Below, piece after piece: positions 1 to 23,196 of a stretch of 64,000 nt of DNA. The first letter of the stretch is position 1, and the number at the start of each line of letters is the position of its first letter. Source of the stretch: the human T2T-CHM13v2.0 reference genome, Homo sapiens; NCBI RefSeq assembly GCF_009914755.1, contig NC_060941.1; one strand, written 5' to 3'. A program made the position numbers and the translations under genes. Under the pieces are notes generated by a model. It was not told the origin of the DNA and made no database searches. It saw only the letters and a program-made list of their open reading frames with translations.

Positions 1-730
1 TGGGCCAAGAATCCCCGTTCGGGGCTGGTGGGTCCGCGGGCGTCCGCTTTCTGCCCGCCCAACTCGCGCCCGGCGCGCACTCGGAGGCCGCCGGGGGCGG
101 GAGAGAGCGGCGGGGCCTCCTTCGGCGCGGGAGGGAGGAAGAGAGGGAGGGAGGAAAATGGCGCGGAGCGCCCGGGCCTGAGCCGCGGCCGGCCCCGTGG
201 GGGGCCCGGGAAAGCGCTGGGAGCCAGCGGCGGGCTCTGGCCGGACCCCGGCCCGCGCCATGACCCCCACCGCGCGGCGAGGCGAAGGGGCCGGCGGCGA
301 GCTCACCTTGGGCTTTTCGTCGGCCATGGCGAGCGCCGGAGTCTCCTCAGCTGCCGCTTCACAAAAGAGGTACCAGGTCCGCACCAAACGAGCACACAAG
401 CAGCACCAGGAGCGGCAGAAGAAGGAGGCGGCAGCGGTGGACGAGGGGAGAGGGTGCGCGCACGTCGTGCGCTCCCTCCCCCCACCCTGCGTGCGCGAGC
501 ACGAGTAGCCGAAGCCTCCCATTGGCTGGCGCCTCGCGGGAGCGCGCAACGCTTACATAACCACCCCCACCCCCCGTCCCACGCCACCGCGTCCTGGGCC
601 AGGCGCCCGCCCGGCCGGCGGGAAGAGGCGCGGACACGCGCACCCGGCCCGCCGCGGGGGCGCGCCTGGCTCTGGGCGGGGCTGTATTGTCCTCCTTCGT
701 GGTGGAGCATAATCAAAATGGCTTCCAGCT
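1..730 (-). promoter_or_regulatory. SUMO2: CpG island / SUMO2 promoter, 5'UTR and start of intron 1
   Basis: Very high GC/CpG content; CCAAT on - strand (ATTGG 521-525), GC box ~674-681, NRF1-like GCGC motifs ~453-497, YY1-type AAAATGGCG 155-163. Confidence 0.85.
307..327 (-). CDS. SUMO2: SUMO2 coding exon 1 (MADEKPK); rest of gene lies left of the window
   Basis: Reverse strand reads GCC ATG GCC GAC GAA AAG CCC AAG|gtgagc: strong Kozak context, SUMO2 N-terminus, canonical donor, inside a CpG island. Confidence 0.95.
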
Positions 731-840
731 GGTCCTCGGTGGGAACGATGAGGCTCGAGGCTTTAGACGTAAGCCATAGGCCAGGGAAGGCAGACTTACT
801 AGAGGAGGAAGGGGATTCCTAAATCAAAGCCCCAGCATGA

Positions 841-1158
<318 letters not shown>

Positions 1159-1619
1159 TAGCCAGGATGGTCTCGATCTCCTGACCTCGTGATCCGCCCG
1201 CCTCGGCCTCCCAAAGTGCTGGGATTACAGGCGTGAGCCACCGCGCCCGGCCTACAGTGTCTTCTTCTGTCCTGCTGGTAACCCTAGACTTTGACTAGCT
1301 ACGGGAAAATATTCATGTATTCATTCAACGAGATCCTTACTCATCGCCTGTCTTCCAAGAGGAAACAGTATCCATAAGCGAGAACTACCCAACAATCAAG
1401 CTTCCAGCCAATTTAATCCTTTCCTCGTTGCATCCAGTTAAAACATACACATGCGTCCCTCCTGTCTGAAGAACAATCCGATGTGTGTGCACTGGATTCC
1501 ATCTCGCTTCTTCCCCCGGGGCTTTATTATTTCCTTTTGTCCCTGAATTTTCTTCCTCTCCTCCGTTAGTATAGAAAAAAAAAAAAAAGCTCCCAATTCT
1601 ATGAAGTTACCATCCTATC

Positions 1620-2300
1620 TCTCTCCATTCTTGGCCAAACAGCTCGAAAAAATGTCCCCGCCAGCTGTCTCCAACCCCTCCCCTCCCACTCACTCCTCAA
1701 CCCACTGCAATCTGGTGCTGTCCCCAAAGTTCCACTAAAACTGCTCTCCACAAGGTCACCGCAGACTTCTTTGCTGAATCCAGTATGCTTCTCAGTTTGT
1801 CACTCCTCTTGAACTTTGCAGGAGGTAGGTTTTCCTCTCATCTCTAGCCTGTCCTTTGTTCTCTCTGCAATTTTTTTTCTTACTCACTCCTTCCCTTAAC
1901 TGTTCCTTAGGGTTTTCTTCAAGATCCTTTTATCACTCCATTCCCTCTCCGAGGATGATTTCACCGATTTTCATTACCATCTCTTTGCTAATGATCCTCA
2001 AATCCATTATTTCTAGTCCACGTCTTTCTTCTGAGTTTCCAGTTGATTTCTGAACATCTCCACTTGGATATCCCAGAGGCACCTCAGACCCAGCAACTCT
2101 CAACTAAAACTCCTCACTTTACCTTCCACATGGGTCCTTCTTCCTGACCTGTCACTCTTAAACTGAGTGACACACCACTACAACAGCTGCCCCAAGCTGG
2201 AAAGGCCAGCAACATTCCTGACTTCTTCTCCTTCACACACTCCTCATCCAATCAATCTTGGCCAAATCTTGTCTATTCCACCTTCTTACCAAATCTAATT
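1620..2300 (+). mobile_element. Degraded L2 LINE fragment
   Basis: Pyrimidine-rich L2-like text (ctcctcaacccactgcaatctgg...aaactgctctc...aaggtcacc; catctccacttggatatcccagaggcacctcagac). Confidence 0.65.
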
Positions 2301-2389
2301 TCTTTGGCCTCTGGATGGAGCTGCATTTGCTGGCCTTCTGTAGGTTCTCTTTGGGGAGGAAGAGGCTTAAGACCTTAGATGTGTGATAG

Positions 2390-2819
<430 letters not shown>

Positions 2820-3573
2820 TCACCTGAGGTCAGGAGTTTGAGACCAGACTAGCCAACATGGTGAAACCCTCTGGTGGCTCACGCCTGTAATCCCAGCACT
2901 TTGGGAGGCCGAGGCGGATGGATTGCCTGAGGTCAGGAGTTTGAGACCAGCCTGGCTAACATGGTGAAACCCTCTGGTGGCTCACGCCTGTAATCCCAGC
3001 ACTTTGGGAGGCCGAGGCAGATGGATTGCCTGAGGTCAGGAGTTTGAGACTAGCCTGGCTAACATGGTGAAACCCAGTGTCTCTACTAAAAATACAAAAA
3101 TTAGCCAGGCATGGTGGCAGGCGCCTGTATTCCCAGCTACTCAGGGGGCTGAGGCAGGAGAATCGCTTGAACCCAGTAAGTAGAAGTTGCAGTGAGCCAA
3201 GATCACACCACTCACTGCACTCTAGCCTGGGCAACAGAGCAAGACTTCGTCTCAAAAAAAAAAACAAAAAAACAAAAAAACACAAAGATACTGCAATATG
3301 GAAATACCCTCCTAACTCATCTGTTTTTTTTTGTTGTTGTTGTTGTTTGTTTTGTTTTAGACGGAGTCTCGCTCTGTCGCCCAGGCTGGAGTGGCACGAT
3401 CTCGGCTCACTGCAACTTCTGCCCCCCGGGTTCAAGCGATTCTTCTGCCTCAGCCTCCTGAGTAGCTGGAACTACAGGCACATGCCACCACGCCCGGCTA
3501 ATTTTTTGTATTTCTAGTAGAGATGGGGTTTCACCGTGTTAGCCAGGATGGTCTTGATCTCCTGACCTCGTGA

Positions 3574-3768
<195 letters not shown>

Positions 3769-4595
3769 TAGCTGAGATTACAGGCATGCCATGCACCACC
3801 GTGCCTGGCTAATTTTGTATTTTTAATAGAGACGGGGTTTCTCCATGTTGGTCACACTGGTCTCGAACTCCCGACTTCAGGTGATCTGCCCACTTTGGCC
3901 TCCCAAAGTGCTGGGATTACAGACGTGAGCCACCGCGCCCAGCCTAACCCATCTGTTTTAAAGTACCTCCAGGCCGGGTGCGGTGGCTCACGCCTGTAAT
4001 CCCAGCACTTTGGGAGGCCGAGGCGGGCAGATCACGAGGTCAGGAGATCGAGACCACCCTGGCTAACACAGTGAAACCCCATCTCTACTAAAAATACAAA
4101 AAATTAGCCGGACGTGGTGGCGGGTGCCTGTAGTCCCAGCTACTCAGGAGGTTGAGGCAGGAGAATGGCATGAACCTGGGAGGCGGAGCTTGCAGTGAGC
4201 CAAGATCACGCCACTGCACTCCAGTCTGGGCGACAGAGCGAGACTCCGTCTCAAAAAAAAATAAATAGTACCTCCATTATTCATGGATTTTTAAATGAGT
4301 CAGAATCATCTAAAGGGCTGGTTTAAATACAAATTTTTGGGCCCCTTGGAAGGTTGGCTCTGGAATTCACCTAATTTTTTTTTTTCTTTTTTAAGAAAGG
4401 TCTGCTTTCCACCCAGGATAGAGTGCAGTACCGCAAATCATAGCTCACTGCAGCCTCGAACTCCTGGGCTTAAACCATCCTCTCACCTCAGCCTCTTGAG
4501 TAGCTAGGACTACAGACAGGCACCACCACGCCCACCTAATTTATTTTTATTTTTTATAGAAATAGCATCTCCTGGCCGGGCGTGGTGGCTTTTTA

Positions 4596-4745
<150 letters not shown>

Positions 4746-4849
4746 TCAAAAAAAAAAAAAAAGAAAGAAAGAAAGAAATGGCATCCTGGGCTCAAGTGAT
4801 CCTCCAGCCTTAGCCTCAGCCTCTCAAAACGCTGGGATTACAGGCATGA

Positions 4850-5180
<331 letters not shown>

Positions 5181-5342
5181 TGATTCTTAAACACACTAAA
5201 GTTTGAGGCCGGGCACGGTAGCTCATGCCTGTAGTCCCAGCACTTTGGGAGGCCGAGGTGAGGGGATCACCTGAGCTCAGGAATTCAAGACCAGCCTGGG
5301 CAACATGGTGAAATCCCGTCTCTACTAAAAATACAAAAATTA

Positions 5343-5889
<547 letters not shown>

Positions 5890-5901
5890 TCATGGCGGCT
5901 A

Positions 5902-6215
<314 letters not shown>

Positions 6216-6388
6216 CTAAATGTTCTCTCTCAACTCCAAGCTTTTGTACGTTGTAGGCGTTCGAGGATTCACTGAATGAATGAATGAATGAATGAATTGA
6301 AACTATCAGCTGGTTGCAGTGGCTCATGTCTGTAATTCCAGCACTTTGGGAGGACAAGGTGAGAGGATTACTTGAGCCCAGGAGATTA

Positions 6389-6814
<426 letters not shown>

Positions 6815-7081
6815 CTATGACACTGGAGATACCAAGAAGGGGAGACAAAATCTCTGACTCATATAACTTATGATTGGGGGAGGAGGAAATACACAAGAAG
6901 TGAAAGAGAAAGAGAACCAACAATTGTTGAGTACCTGCCACCTATCAAGCACTAAGTGGGACATTACTAATGTTAGCTCATTTTCCTCTTACACAAATGA
7001 TTGCAAGCAGGTGTAGTAGTTATTTGCTACTCTCAAAGGGGTTAAGTAAACGTGCTATCACATAGCTAGAAAGTAGTGTTA

Positions 7082-7405
<324 letters not shown>

Positions 7406-7789
7406 TCAAAAGAAAAAAAAACCCAAAAAAAACTACCTGACAACCTATTACACTAAATTACAAAATCACCTTCAGGCAAAGGAGGAATTTGTATAAGATG
7501 CTTGTTCGGCCGGGGGCGGTGGCTCACGCCTGTAATCCCAGCACTTTGGGAGGCCAAGGTGGGAGAATCACGAGGTCAGGAGTTCGAGACCAGTCTGGCC
7601 AACATGGTGAAACCCCATCTCTACCAAAAATACAAAAAATTAGGTGGGCGCGGTGGCAGGCGCCTGTAATCCCAGCTACTTGGGAGGCTGAGGCAGGAAA
7701 ATCACTTGAACCCAGGAGGCGGAGGTTGTGGTGAGCTGTGATCCTGCACTGCACTCCAGCCTGGGCGAGAGAGTGAGACTCCATCTCAA

Positions 7790-7823
<34 letters not shown>

Positions 7824-7898
7824 CTGCATGTTCAAGGCCGGGCTCAGTGACTCACTTCTGTAATCCCAGCACTTTGGGAGGCTGAGGCAGGTGGATCA

Positions 7899-8418
<520 letters not shown>

Positions 8419-8568
8419 TCAAAAAAAAAAAAAATACATGTTCAAATGTCTGAGCAATATGTATTCCAAGGGCACATTGAAATTCTGGGAGCTGGGTCTA
8501 GGCAATATACTGAAATTATATTCTGAAAATCCTTTTGCAATTTCCAGGAAAAAATTGTGAAGAGATAG

Positions 8569-8834
<266 letters not shown>

Positions 8835-9782
8835 TGATCCGCCCACCTCAGCCACCCAAAGTGCTGGGATTACAGGCGTGAGCCACTGCACCTCTCCTTC
8901 CATCATTTTTATAGGGGTGGGAGGAAACGGATAGCTGTGCACTGAAAAAGGATGCTTTGGAAAAAGAAAGTGGGTCTGGGCACACTGGCTCACCCTTGAA
9001 TTCCCAGCACTTTGGCAGGCCTGGCAGGCTGAGTTGGGTGGTTCGAGACCAGCCTAGGCAACAGGGTGAAAACTCGTCTCTATCAAAAATACCAAAAATC
9101 AGCCAGGCATAGTGGTGCTTGCCTGTGGTCGGAGCTACTCAAGAAGCTGAGATGGGAGGATCACTTGAGCCCAGGAAGCAAAGGCTGCAGTGAGCTGTGA
9201 GCTGTGATCACACTACTGCTCTCCAGCCTGGATGACGTAATGAGGCCCCATCTCAAAAAAAAAAAAAAAGGAAAAGAAAAAGAAAGTGGACTAGGAGACG
9301 GTGGCTCATATGCTCATATCAGTAATCCCAGCACCTTGGGAGGCCAAGGCACAAGGATCACTTGAGGCCAAGAGTTCAAGACCAGCCTGGGCAACATAGC
9401 AAGACCTTTGTCTCTAATAAATAAAAAATAAAATCAATAAAAATAAGAATAAAAAATTTTTTTTTGACACGGAGTCTCGCTCTGTCACCCAGGCTGGAGT
9501 GTAATGGTGGGCTCTTGGCTCACTGCAACCTCCACTTCCTGGGTTCAGGTGATTCTCTCACCTCAGCCTCCTGAGTAGCTGGGATTACAGGCTATGCCAC
9601 CATGACTGGTTAATTTTTGTATTATTATTATTTTTAGAGACAGCGTCTTTCACTGTTGCCCAGGCTGGACAATCTCAGCTCACTGCAATCTCTCAGGTTC
9701 AAGCAATTCTCCTGCCTCAGCCTCCTGAGTAGCTGGGATTACAGGCGTGTGTCACCACACCGGAATAATTTTATTTATTTAA

Positions 9783-10019
<237 letters not shown>

Positions 10020-10210
10020 TGATCCACCCACCTCGGCCTCCCAAAGTGCTGGGGTTACAGATGTGAGCCACTGCGCCAGGCCCATGCCCGGATAATTTTT
10101 GTATTTTTAGTACAGATGGGGTTTTACCATGTTGGCCAGGCTGGTCTCGAACTCCTGACCTCGCAATCTCCCTGCCTCGGCCTCCCAAAGTGTTGGGATT
10201 ACAGGCGTGA

Positions 10211-10408
<198 letters not shown>

Positions 10409-11449
10409 TAGTAGAGACGGGGTTTCACCACGTTAGCCAGGATGGTCTTAATCTCCTGACCTCATGATCCGCCCGCCTCGGCCTCCCAAAGTGCTAGGAT
10501 TACAGGCGTGAGCCACCACGCCTGACCTTCTTTTTTTTTACAGAGTTTCACTCTTGTTGCCCAGGCTGGAGTGCAATGGTGCGATCTCAACTCACTGCAA
10601 CGTCCACTTCCTGAGTTCAAGCAATTCCCCAGCCTCAGCCTCCGAGTAGCTGGGATTACAGGTGCACGCCACCACACCTGGCTAATTTTTTGTATTTTTA
10701 GTAGAGATGGGGTTTCACCATGTTGGCTGGGCTGGTCTCAAACTCCCAACCTCAGGTGATCCACCCACCTTGGCCTCCAAAAGTGCTGAGATTACAGATG
10801 TGTGCCACCGTGCCCGGCTAATTTTCGTATTTTTAGTAGAGACGGGGCTTCACCATGTCAGCCAGGCTGGTCTTGAACTCCTCACCTTAAATGATCCGCC
10901 CACCTTGGCCTCCCAAAGTGCTGGGATTACAGGCGTGAGCAACTGTGCATGGCCAAAAAAAAAAAAATTTTTTTTTTTAAGGAAAATAAAGTACAAGAAA
11001 GATAGCTTACACCTGTAATCCCAAAACTTTGAGAGGCTGAGGCAGGAGGATTACTTGAGGCCAGGAGTTCAAGACCAGGTTGGGCAAGGAGAGGTATACA
11101 TGGAAAAAAATAACAATGGCAGATATTAATTGAGTAATTTTATTTTTATTTTTTGAGACGGAGTTTCGCTCTTGTTGCCCAGGCTGGAGTGCAACAGTGT
11201 GATCTCGGCTCACCACAACCTCTGCCTCACCACAACTGTGCATGGCCAAAACTTTTTTTGTAAGGAAAAGAACAAGGAAGATAGCTTACACCTGTAATCC
11301 CAAAAGTTTGAGAGGCTGAGGCAGGAGGATTACTTGAGGCCAGGAGTTCAAGACCAGGTTGGAAAAGGAGAGGCATACATGGAAAAAAAAAAAAAGCAGA
11401 TATTAATTGAGTAATTTTATCTTATTTTTTTTTTTTTTTTTTTTTTTGA

Positions 11450-11554
<105 letters not shown>

Positions 11555-12715
11555 TGAGTAGCTAGGACTACAGACATGTGCCACCACGCCTGGCTAATTT
11601 TGTGTTTTTAGTAGAGATGGGGTTTCTCCATGTTGGTCAGGCTGGGGTCTCGAACTCTCAACCTCAGATGATCCACCTGCCTTAGCCTCCCAAAGTGCTG
11701 GGATTACAGGCGTGAGCCACTGTGCGCAGCCCGAGTAATTTTATCTATTTTTTTGAGACAGAGTCTCCCTCTGTTGCCCAGGCTGGAGTGCAGTGGCGTG
11801 ATCTCTGCTCACTGCAACCTTGCCTCCTGGGTTCAAGCGATTCTCCTGCCTCAGCTTCCTGAGTTGCTGGGATTACAGGCGAGCGCCACCATGTCTGGCT
11901 AAATTTTTTTTGTATTTTTAGTAGAGACGGGGTTTCACCGTGTTGGTCAGGCTGGAAATCCTGACCTTGTGCTTTGCCTGCCTCGGCTTCCCAAAGTGCT
12001 AGGATTACAGGCATGAGACACCGGGCCAGGCCAATTTTATTGTTGTTTTTTTTTTTTTTGAGATGGAGTCTCGGGGCCGGGCGTGGTGGCTCACGCCTGT
12101 AATCCCAGCACTTTGGGAGGCCGAGGTGGGCGGATCACGAGGTCAGGAGATCGAGACCATCCTGGCTAACACGGTGAAACCCCGTCTCTACAAAAATACA
12201 AAAAAAATTAGCCGGGCGTGGTGGCGGGCGCCTGTAGTCCCAGCTACTCAGGAGGCTGAGGCAGGAGAATGGCGTGAACCCGGGAGGTGGAGCTTGCAGT
12301 GAGCCGAGATCGCGCGTACGCACTCCAGCCTGGGCGACAGAGCGAGACTGCGTCTCAAAAAAAAAAAAAAAAAAAGAGGTGGAGTCTCGCTCTGTCGCCC
12401 CGGCTGGAGTGCTGGAGTGCAGTGGCGCCGTCTCGGCTCACTGCAAACTCTGCCTCCCGGGTGCACGCCATTCTCCTGCCTCAGCCTCCCGAGTAGCTGG
12501 ACTACAGGCGCCCACCACCATGCCCGGCTAATTTTTTTGTATTTTTAGTAGAGACGAGGTTTCACCGTGTTAGCCATGATGGTCTCATCTCCTGACCTCG
12601 TGATCTGCCCGCCTCAGCCTCCCAAAGTGCTGGGATTACAGGCGTGAGCCATCGCGCCCGGCCCAAAGCCTCTGTTATAATTATCCCCATTTTACAGATG
12701 AAAAAAGTGAGATAA

Positions 12716-13045
<330 letters not shown>

Positions 13046-13250
13046 GAGATAGAGAGAGGATGGTTAAATTGGTCACCTCGCTTGAAGTGGCAGAGCCAGT
13101 ATGGAATTTAGATCTTCTGACTCAGAGCCCAGTGCTTAATTATTGTAGAACCGCTGCTGTGGAAAGCCACGGAGAGAAAACATACCGAAGGAAGGAAAAA
13201 AAATTCCTAGAATAGTACCAGGAGCACCAGTCAAGTTGTTGTGACCTAAA

Positions 13251-13252
<2 letters not shown>

Positions 13253-13287
<35 letters not shown>
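13253..13287. repeat. (TG)n microsatellite
   Basis: ~17 perfect TG units. Confidence 0.95.
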
Positions 13288-13289
<2 letters not shown>

Positions 13290-13533
13290 TTTGTCTCCTC
13301 CACTGGAACAGAAGTTGCACAGAAGCAGAGGTCTGTCTGTGTTACCACACTTTTATTTCCAGCAGCAAGCAGTTTCTGGGTCCTACTAGGTAAATAAAAG
13401 AATTAATGGGGAGAGAGTTGTGCAGTGAGCAGTTTGTACCATTAACGGTTAACTAGAAACTCTGGTAAGAGGCCCAGTGCGGTGGCTCACGCGTGTAATC
13501 CCAGCACTTTGGGAGGCCAAGGTGGTCAGATCA

Positions 13534-14175
<642 letters not shown>

Positions 14176-14304
14176 CTAAGGAGTTCAAAACGAGCCTGGG
14201 CAACATAGCAAAACCCCATTTATGTTACAAAAAAAAAAAAAAATGAGCAGTGAGCCAAGATTGCACCACTTCACTCCAGCCTGGGTGACAGAGTGAAACC
14301 CCAT

Positions 14305-14307
<3 letters not shown>

Positions 14308-14345
<38 letters not shown>
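14308..14345. repeat. (CA)n microsatellite in an Alu tail
   Basis: ~18-19 perfect AC units. Confidence 0.95.
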
Positions 14346-14346
<1 letters not shown>

Positions 14347-14406
14347 GGGGGGGGTGAACGAGCCAGAATTCCGCAGGATCAGCTGCCAAAGAAAAATACA
14401 TCATTC

Positions 14407-14570
14407 TTGGGGGGAGGGGGGAGGGATAGCATTAGGAGATATATCTAATGCTAAATGACGAGTTCATGGGTGCAGCACACCAACATGGCACATGTATACA
14501 TATGTAACAAACCTGCACGTTGTGCACATGTACCCTAAAACTTAAAGTATAATAATAATAAAATTAAAAA
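14407..14570 (+). mobile_element. 5'-truncated L1PA 3'UTR fragment with TSD
   Basis: GGGGGGAGGGGGGAGGGATAGCATTAGGAGATATA...GTACCCTAAAACTTAAAGTATAATAA + A tail; TSD AAAAATACATCATTC at 14392-14406 and 14571-14585; GAG rather than the L1-Ta ACA diagnostic. Confidence 0.9.
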
Positions 14571-14759
14571 AAAAATACATCATTCCTAAAAGGGGTAAGA
14601 GGGCCGGGCATGGTGACACATGCCTGTAATCCCAGCACTTTGGGAGGCCAAAGCAGGAGAACCACAAGGTCAGGAGTTTGAGATCAGTCTCACCAACACG
14701 GTGAAATCCCGTCTCTGTTAAAAATACAAAAACTAGCCGGGTGTGGTGGCCCATGCCTA

Positions 14760-15155
<396 letters not shown>

Positions 15156-15714
15156 CTAAACACATACCAAATTTATAATACAGGTGACTAAACTTGTGTA
15201 CTTTATACCGTCAAATTTCCTTCATTCTATAACATAGTTTAGTTGAGTACTTCAGCTGTTTGTGAATACTGTATGAATGTAAATACTGAATTCTGGCCGG
15301 GTGCGGTGGCTCACACCTGTAATCCCAGCACTTTGGGAGGCTGAGACAGGCAGATCACTTGAGGTCAAGAGTTCGAAACCATCCTAGCCAACATGACCAA
15401 ATGCCATCTCTACTAAAAATATGAAAATTAGCTAGGTGATAGTGACGTGTGCCTGTAATCTCAGTTACTCAGGAGGCTGAGGCAGGAGAATCATTTGAGC
15501 CTGGGAGGCAGCGGTTGTGGTGAGCTGAGATCCTGCCACTGCACTCCAGTCTGGGTGACAGAGAGAGACCCTGTCTCAAAAACAAAAAAAATCATGAATT
15601 TCTCAATACTGCAGGAAGCCTGGAGGCAGAATGGTGATGATATTGTAGAAACCCTATCGGCTGGGCTTCAGGGCTCACGCCTGTAATCCTCGGGAGGCCG
15701 AGGTGGGCAGATCA

Positions 15715-15951
<237 letters not shown>

Positions 15952-16049
15952 TTAAAAAAAAAAAAAAGGAAAGAAACCCTTTCTACCCGTGTCATGGCAA
16001 AAATGATGGGACCCAAGATTGTACTCATAGTGAATGCCAAGAACTTAGT

Positions 16050-16160
16050 ACAGGCTGAGTATCTCTAATATGAAAATCTGAAATGGGAAATATTCCAAAT
16101 TCCAAAACTTCTTGAGTACCAACATGATGCCACAAGTGGAAAATTCCACACTTGATACCT
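16050..16160. mobile_element. TcMar-Tigger (Tigger4/MER46-like) DNA transposon end
   Basis: TA-CAGGCTGAGTATC terminus followed by ...atgatgccacaagtggaaaattccacac. Confidence 0.55.
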
Positions 16161-16188
16161 TGGCTTTCTTTCTTTCTTTCTTTTTTGA

Positions 16189-16293
<105 letters not shown>

Positions 16294-16336
16294 TGAGTAG
16301 CTGGGATTATAGGCGCCTGCCACCACTCCCGGCTAA

Positions 16337-16761
<425 letters not shown>

Positions 16762-16764
16762 TAA

Positions 16765-16979
<215 letters not shown>

Positions 16980-17209
16980 TGAGACAGTCTCGCTCTGTTG
17001 CCCAGGCTGGAGTGCAATGGTGAGATCTCGGCTCACTGCACGCTCCGCCTCCCAGGTGCATGCCATTCTCCTGCCTCAGCCTCCTGAGTAGCTGGGACTA
17101 CAGGTGCCTGCCACCACGCCCAGCTAATTTTTTTTTTTTTTTTGTATTTTTAGTAGAGACAGAGTTTCACTGTGTTAGCCAGGATGGTCTTGATCTCCTG
17201 ACCTCGTGA

Positions 17210-17476
<267 letters not shown>

Positions 17477-18299
17477 TAGCCAGGATGGTCTCGATCTCCT
17501 GACCTCGTGATCCGCCCGCCTCGGCCTCCCAAAGTGCTGGGATTACAGGCGTGAGCCACCGTGCCCAGCTCTTTTTTTTTTTTTTTTCTTAATTTTGTTA
17601 TTTTTGGTAGAGACAGTCTCACTACGTTGCCTAGACTGGTCTCACGCTCCTGGGCTCAAGCGATCCTCCCACCTCAGTCTCCCAAAGTGCTGGGATTACA
17701 GGCATGAGCCACAGCACCCAGTCCACCTTTGCTTTCTTTCTCTTTCCTTCCCTCCCTCCCTCCTTCCTTTCTTGCTTTCTTTTCTGTCTCTCTCTCTCTC
17801 TCTTCTTTTTTTGTTCTTTGAAACAGGGTCTCACTTTGTCATCGGAGTGCCAGGATCTCGGCTGACTGCAACCTCTGCCTCTTGAGCTCAAGCGATCACC
17901 CCAACCTCAGCCTCCTGGGTAGCTGGAACTATAGCATGTGCTACCACACCTGGATAATTTTGCTGTTTTCTATAGTGATGAGGTCTCATTATATATATAC
18001 AGTCCTTCTAATACGTCAGTTGGGATATTGAATGCAGGGAAATAGTGTCACATTTCACAATATTATACATTCACTGAATACTGACATACACAATACTTTA
18101 TATTCACTGCCTATTGATATACATATTGTACAAACATAACTTAAGAGAACAGTCCTGTAAGCTTTTTGTGTGCAGGTATCATTGCCTTTCATCTTTGTAG
18201 TCTCAGCAAATAGCAAAGTCCTGAGAGCCAGTAATCAATAAGTGTTCATTGACTTATTGATGCAGCAATAACTTTGTGTAGTACTTTTCTTTTTTTTGA

Positions 18300-18743
<444 letters not shown>

Positions 18744-19238
18744 TGAGGCCCAATGACTTGAAGCTGTTTGTTTCATAAAATGAACAGAAACAATATGAAT
18801 AAAGCTATATTTTGCAGATTTGTGTGAATATAGATATTATCTGTACTCTTCTATCTTCTCTCAATAATTGATTACATACACTCTATCCAGGAGTATGAGG
18901 CTGCAGTGAACTATGATTGAGCCACTGAACTCCATCCTGGGCAGCAGAGCAAGTCTCTGTCTCTAAATAGGCCAGGCAAGGTGGTTCTTGACTGTAACCC
19001 TAGCACTTTGGGAGGCCAAGGTTGGAGAATCGATTGAGGGCAGGAGTTAGAGATCACCCTGGGCAACATAATGAGATCTTGTCTCTACAGCATTTTTTGT
19101 TGTTGTTGTTGTTTGTTTGTTTGTTTTTTGAGACAGAGTCTCCCTCTGTCGCCTAAGCTGGAGTGCAGTGGCATGACCTCGGCTTATTGCAACCTCCACC
19201 TCTCAGGTTCAAGTGATTCTCTTGCCTCAGCCTCCTGA

Positions 19239-19627
<389 letters not shown>

Positions 19628-19984
19628 TGAACTCCTTACCTCAGGTGATCTGCCAGCCTCGGCTTCCCAAAGTGCTGGGATTACAAGCATGAGCCACCGT
19701 GCCCAGCCCCAAATAAACTTTTAATAAGAATTCTGCATAAAAATTATTTGTGAGGCACTTCTTTTATTCATTTAAATCTCCTTTTTGGTGCTTATATAAA
19801 ACACATCTCTCTTGATTATTTCTTGGAAGTGTAATTATGAGGACAAAAAGATGAACATTTTCAAACTTTTTGAAATAATTTTTCATGTCCTGTCAGTCTT
19901 CATAGTTATTTTAAACAGGTGAGTAAAGTAACATCTCACTGATATAATTTATTTAGCTAACTTCTACGGTTGAACATATATACC

Positions 19985-20098
19985 AGCAGCTCTTAACAGA
20001 GGTGATTTTGCCCCCTAGAGGACACTGGGAATATATGCAGATATTTTCAGTTTTCACAATTGTGGGATGTTATTGGCATCTAGTGGGTAAAGGTCAGA
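19985..20098. mobile_element. MER20 (hAT-Charlie) fragment, split by Alus, continuing near 21296-21335
   Basis: gtgattttgccccctagaggacact...ttttcacaatt...tattggcatctagtgggtaaaggtcaga matches the MER20 pattern. Confidence 0.6.
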
Positions 20099-20158
20099 AG
20101 TTGGAGTTCTTGTTCTTGGTGGGGTGTTGTTTTGTTTTGTTTTGTTTTGTTTTTTTGA

Positions 20159-20377
<219 letters not shown>

Positions 20378-20424
20378 TGATCTGCCCACCTCAGCCTCCC
20401 AAACTACTGGGATTACAGGTGTGA

Positions 20425-20616
<192 letters not shown>

Positions 20617-20884
20617 TAATTTTTGTAGTTTTAGTAGAGACGGGGTTTCACCATATTGGCCAGGCTGGTCTCGAACTGCTGACCTCGTGATCCGCCCACC
20701 TCGGCCTCCCAAAGTGCTGGGATAACAGGCGTGAGCCACTGCGCCTGGCCATATTGTTGCTTTTGAAACAGGGTCTTGCTGGAGTATAGTGCTATAACAA
20801 TCGTAGTTCACTGCAGCCTTGACTTGAACTCCTGGGCTCAAGAAATCCTCTGGCCTCAAGTCTCCTTCCTCTTGCTGTAGCTAG

Positions 20885-21102
<218 letters not shown>

Positions 21103-21455
21103 TAATTTTTTGTATTTTAGTGGAGACGGGGTTTCATCTTGTTGCCCAGGCTGGTCTTGAACTCCTGAGCTCAGGTAATCCGCCCGCCTCGGCCTCCCGA
21201 AGTGTTGGGATTATAGGCGTGAGCCACCGCGCCCGGCCTTTTTTTATTTTTTATTTTTTGAGACAGCATCTTGCTCTTGCCCTGTTGCCCAGGCTGAGGC
21301 CAGAGATTTTGTTAAATAATGTACACTGTGCCCGGTTCAGGAGCATTAGTTTTATTAGGCTGCATGAAATGTATCCACTTAAGACTTTACCAGGCTGGGT
21401 GCGGTGGCTCATGCCTGTAACCCTAGCACTTTGGGAGTCTGAGGCGGGTGGATCA

Positions 21456-21739
<284 letters not shown>

Positions 21740-21966
21740 TTAGATCTTAGTGCTATATTTCCTTGATTATTTTTATTTTAAGGCTGACAAAATGCCATTT
21801 AAGATAATAAAAGTAGTTAAATTGCCTGACCAAGAGCTAGATAACATTGAGGAAAAAGTATTGGCAATATTCTTTGGTCTAATACTGCTATATACCAACC
21901 ATTTTACCCAATCATTCAAATAGGCTTAGTAATACAAGGGCGAAAAAGGAAAACTACAGCTAATAG

Positions 21967-22176
<210 letters not shown>

Positions 22177-22425
22177 TAGTAGAGATGGGGTTTCACCGTG
22201 TTAGCCAGGATGGTCTCTCTCTCCTGACCTGGTGATCCACCCGCCTCGGCCTCCCAAAGCGCTGAGATTACAGGCGTGAGCCACCGCGCCCGGCCTATCC
22301 TTGTTCTATATACTGATTACGCATACTATATATGGACCTTTTCCTTCCTCAACCTTTCTATAGATTTCTAAGAATAAGGTTTTGATGAAGTAGTTTATGT
22401 ATCCTTCTTTTTCAGTTAATCCTAA

Positions 22426-23196
<771 letters not shown>

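Noticed and set aside
28-822. 264-aa ORF antisense to SUMO2 exon 1
   Set aside because: GTG start, low-complexity R/G/P/A composition; expected from stop-codon scarcity in a CpG island
14407-14570. Possible active L1HS-Ta insertion
   Set aside because: Has GAG rather than the ACA diagnostic plus several substitutions; an older, heavily truncated L1PA
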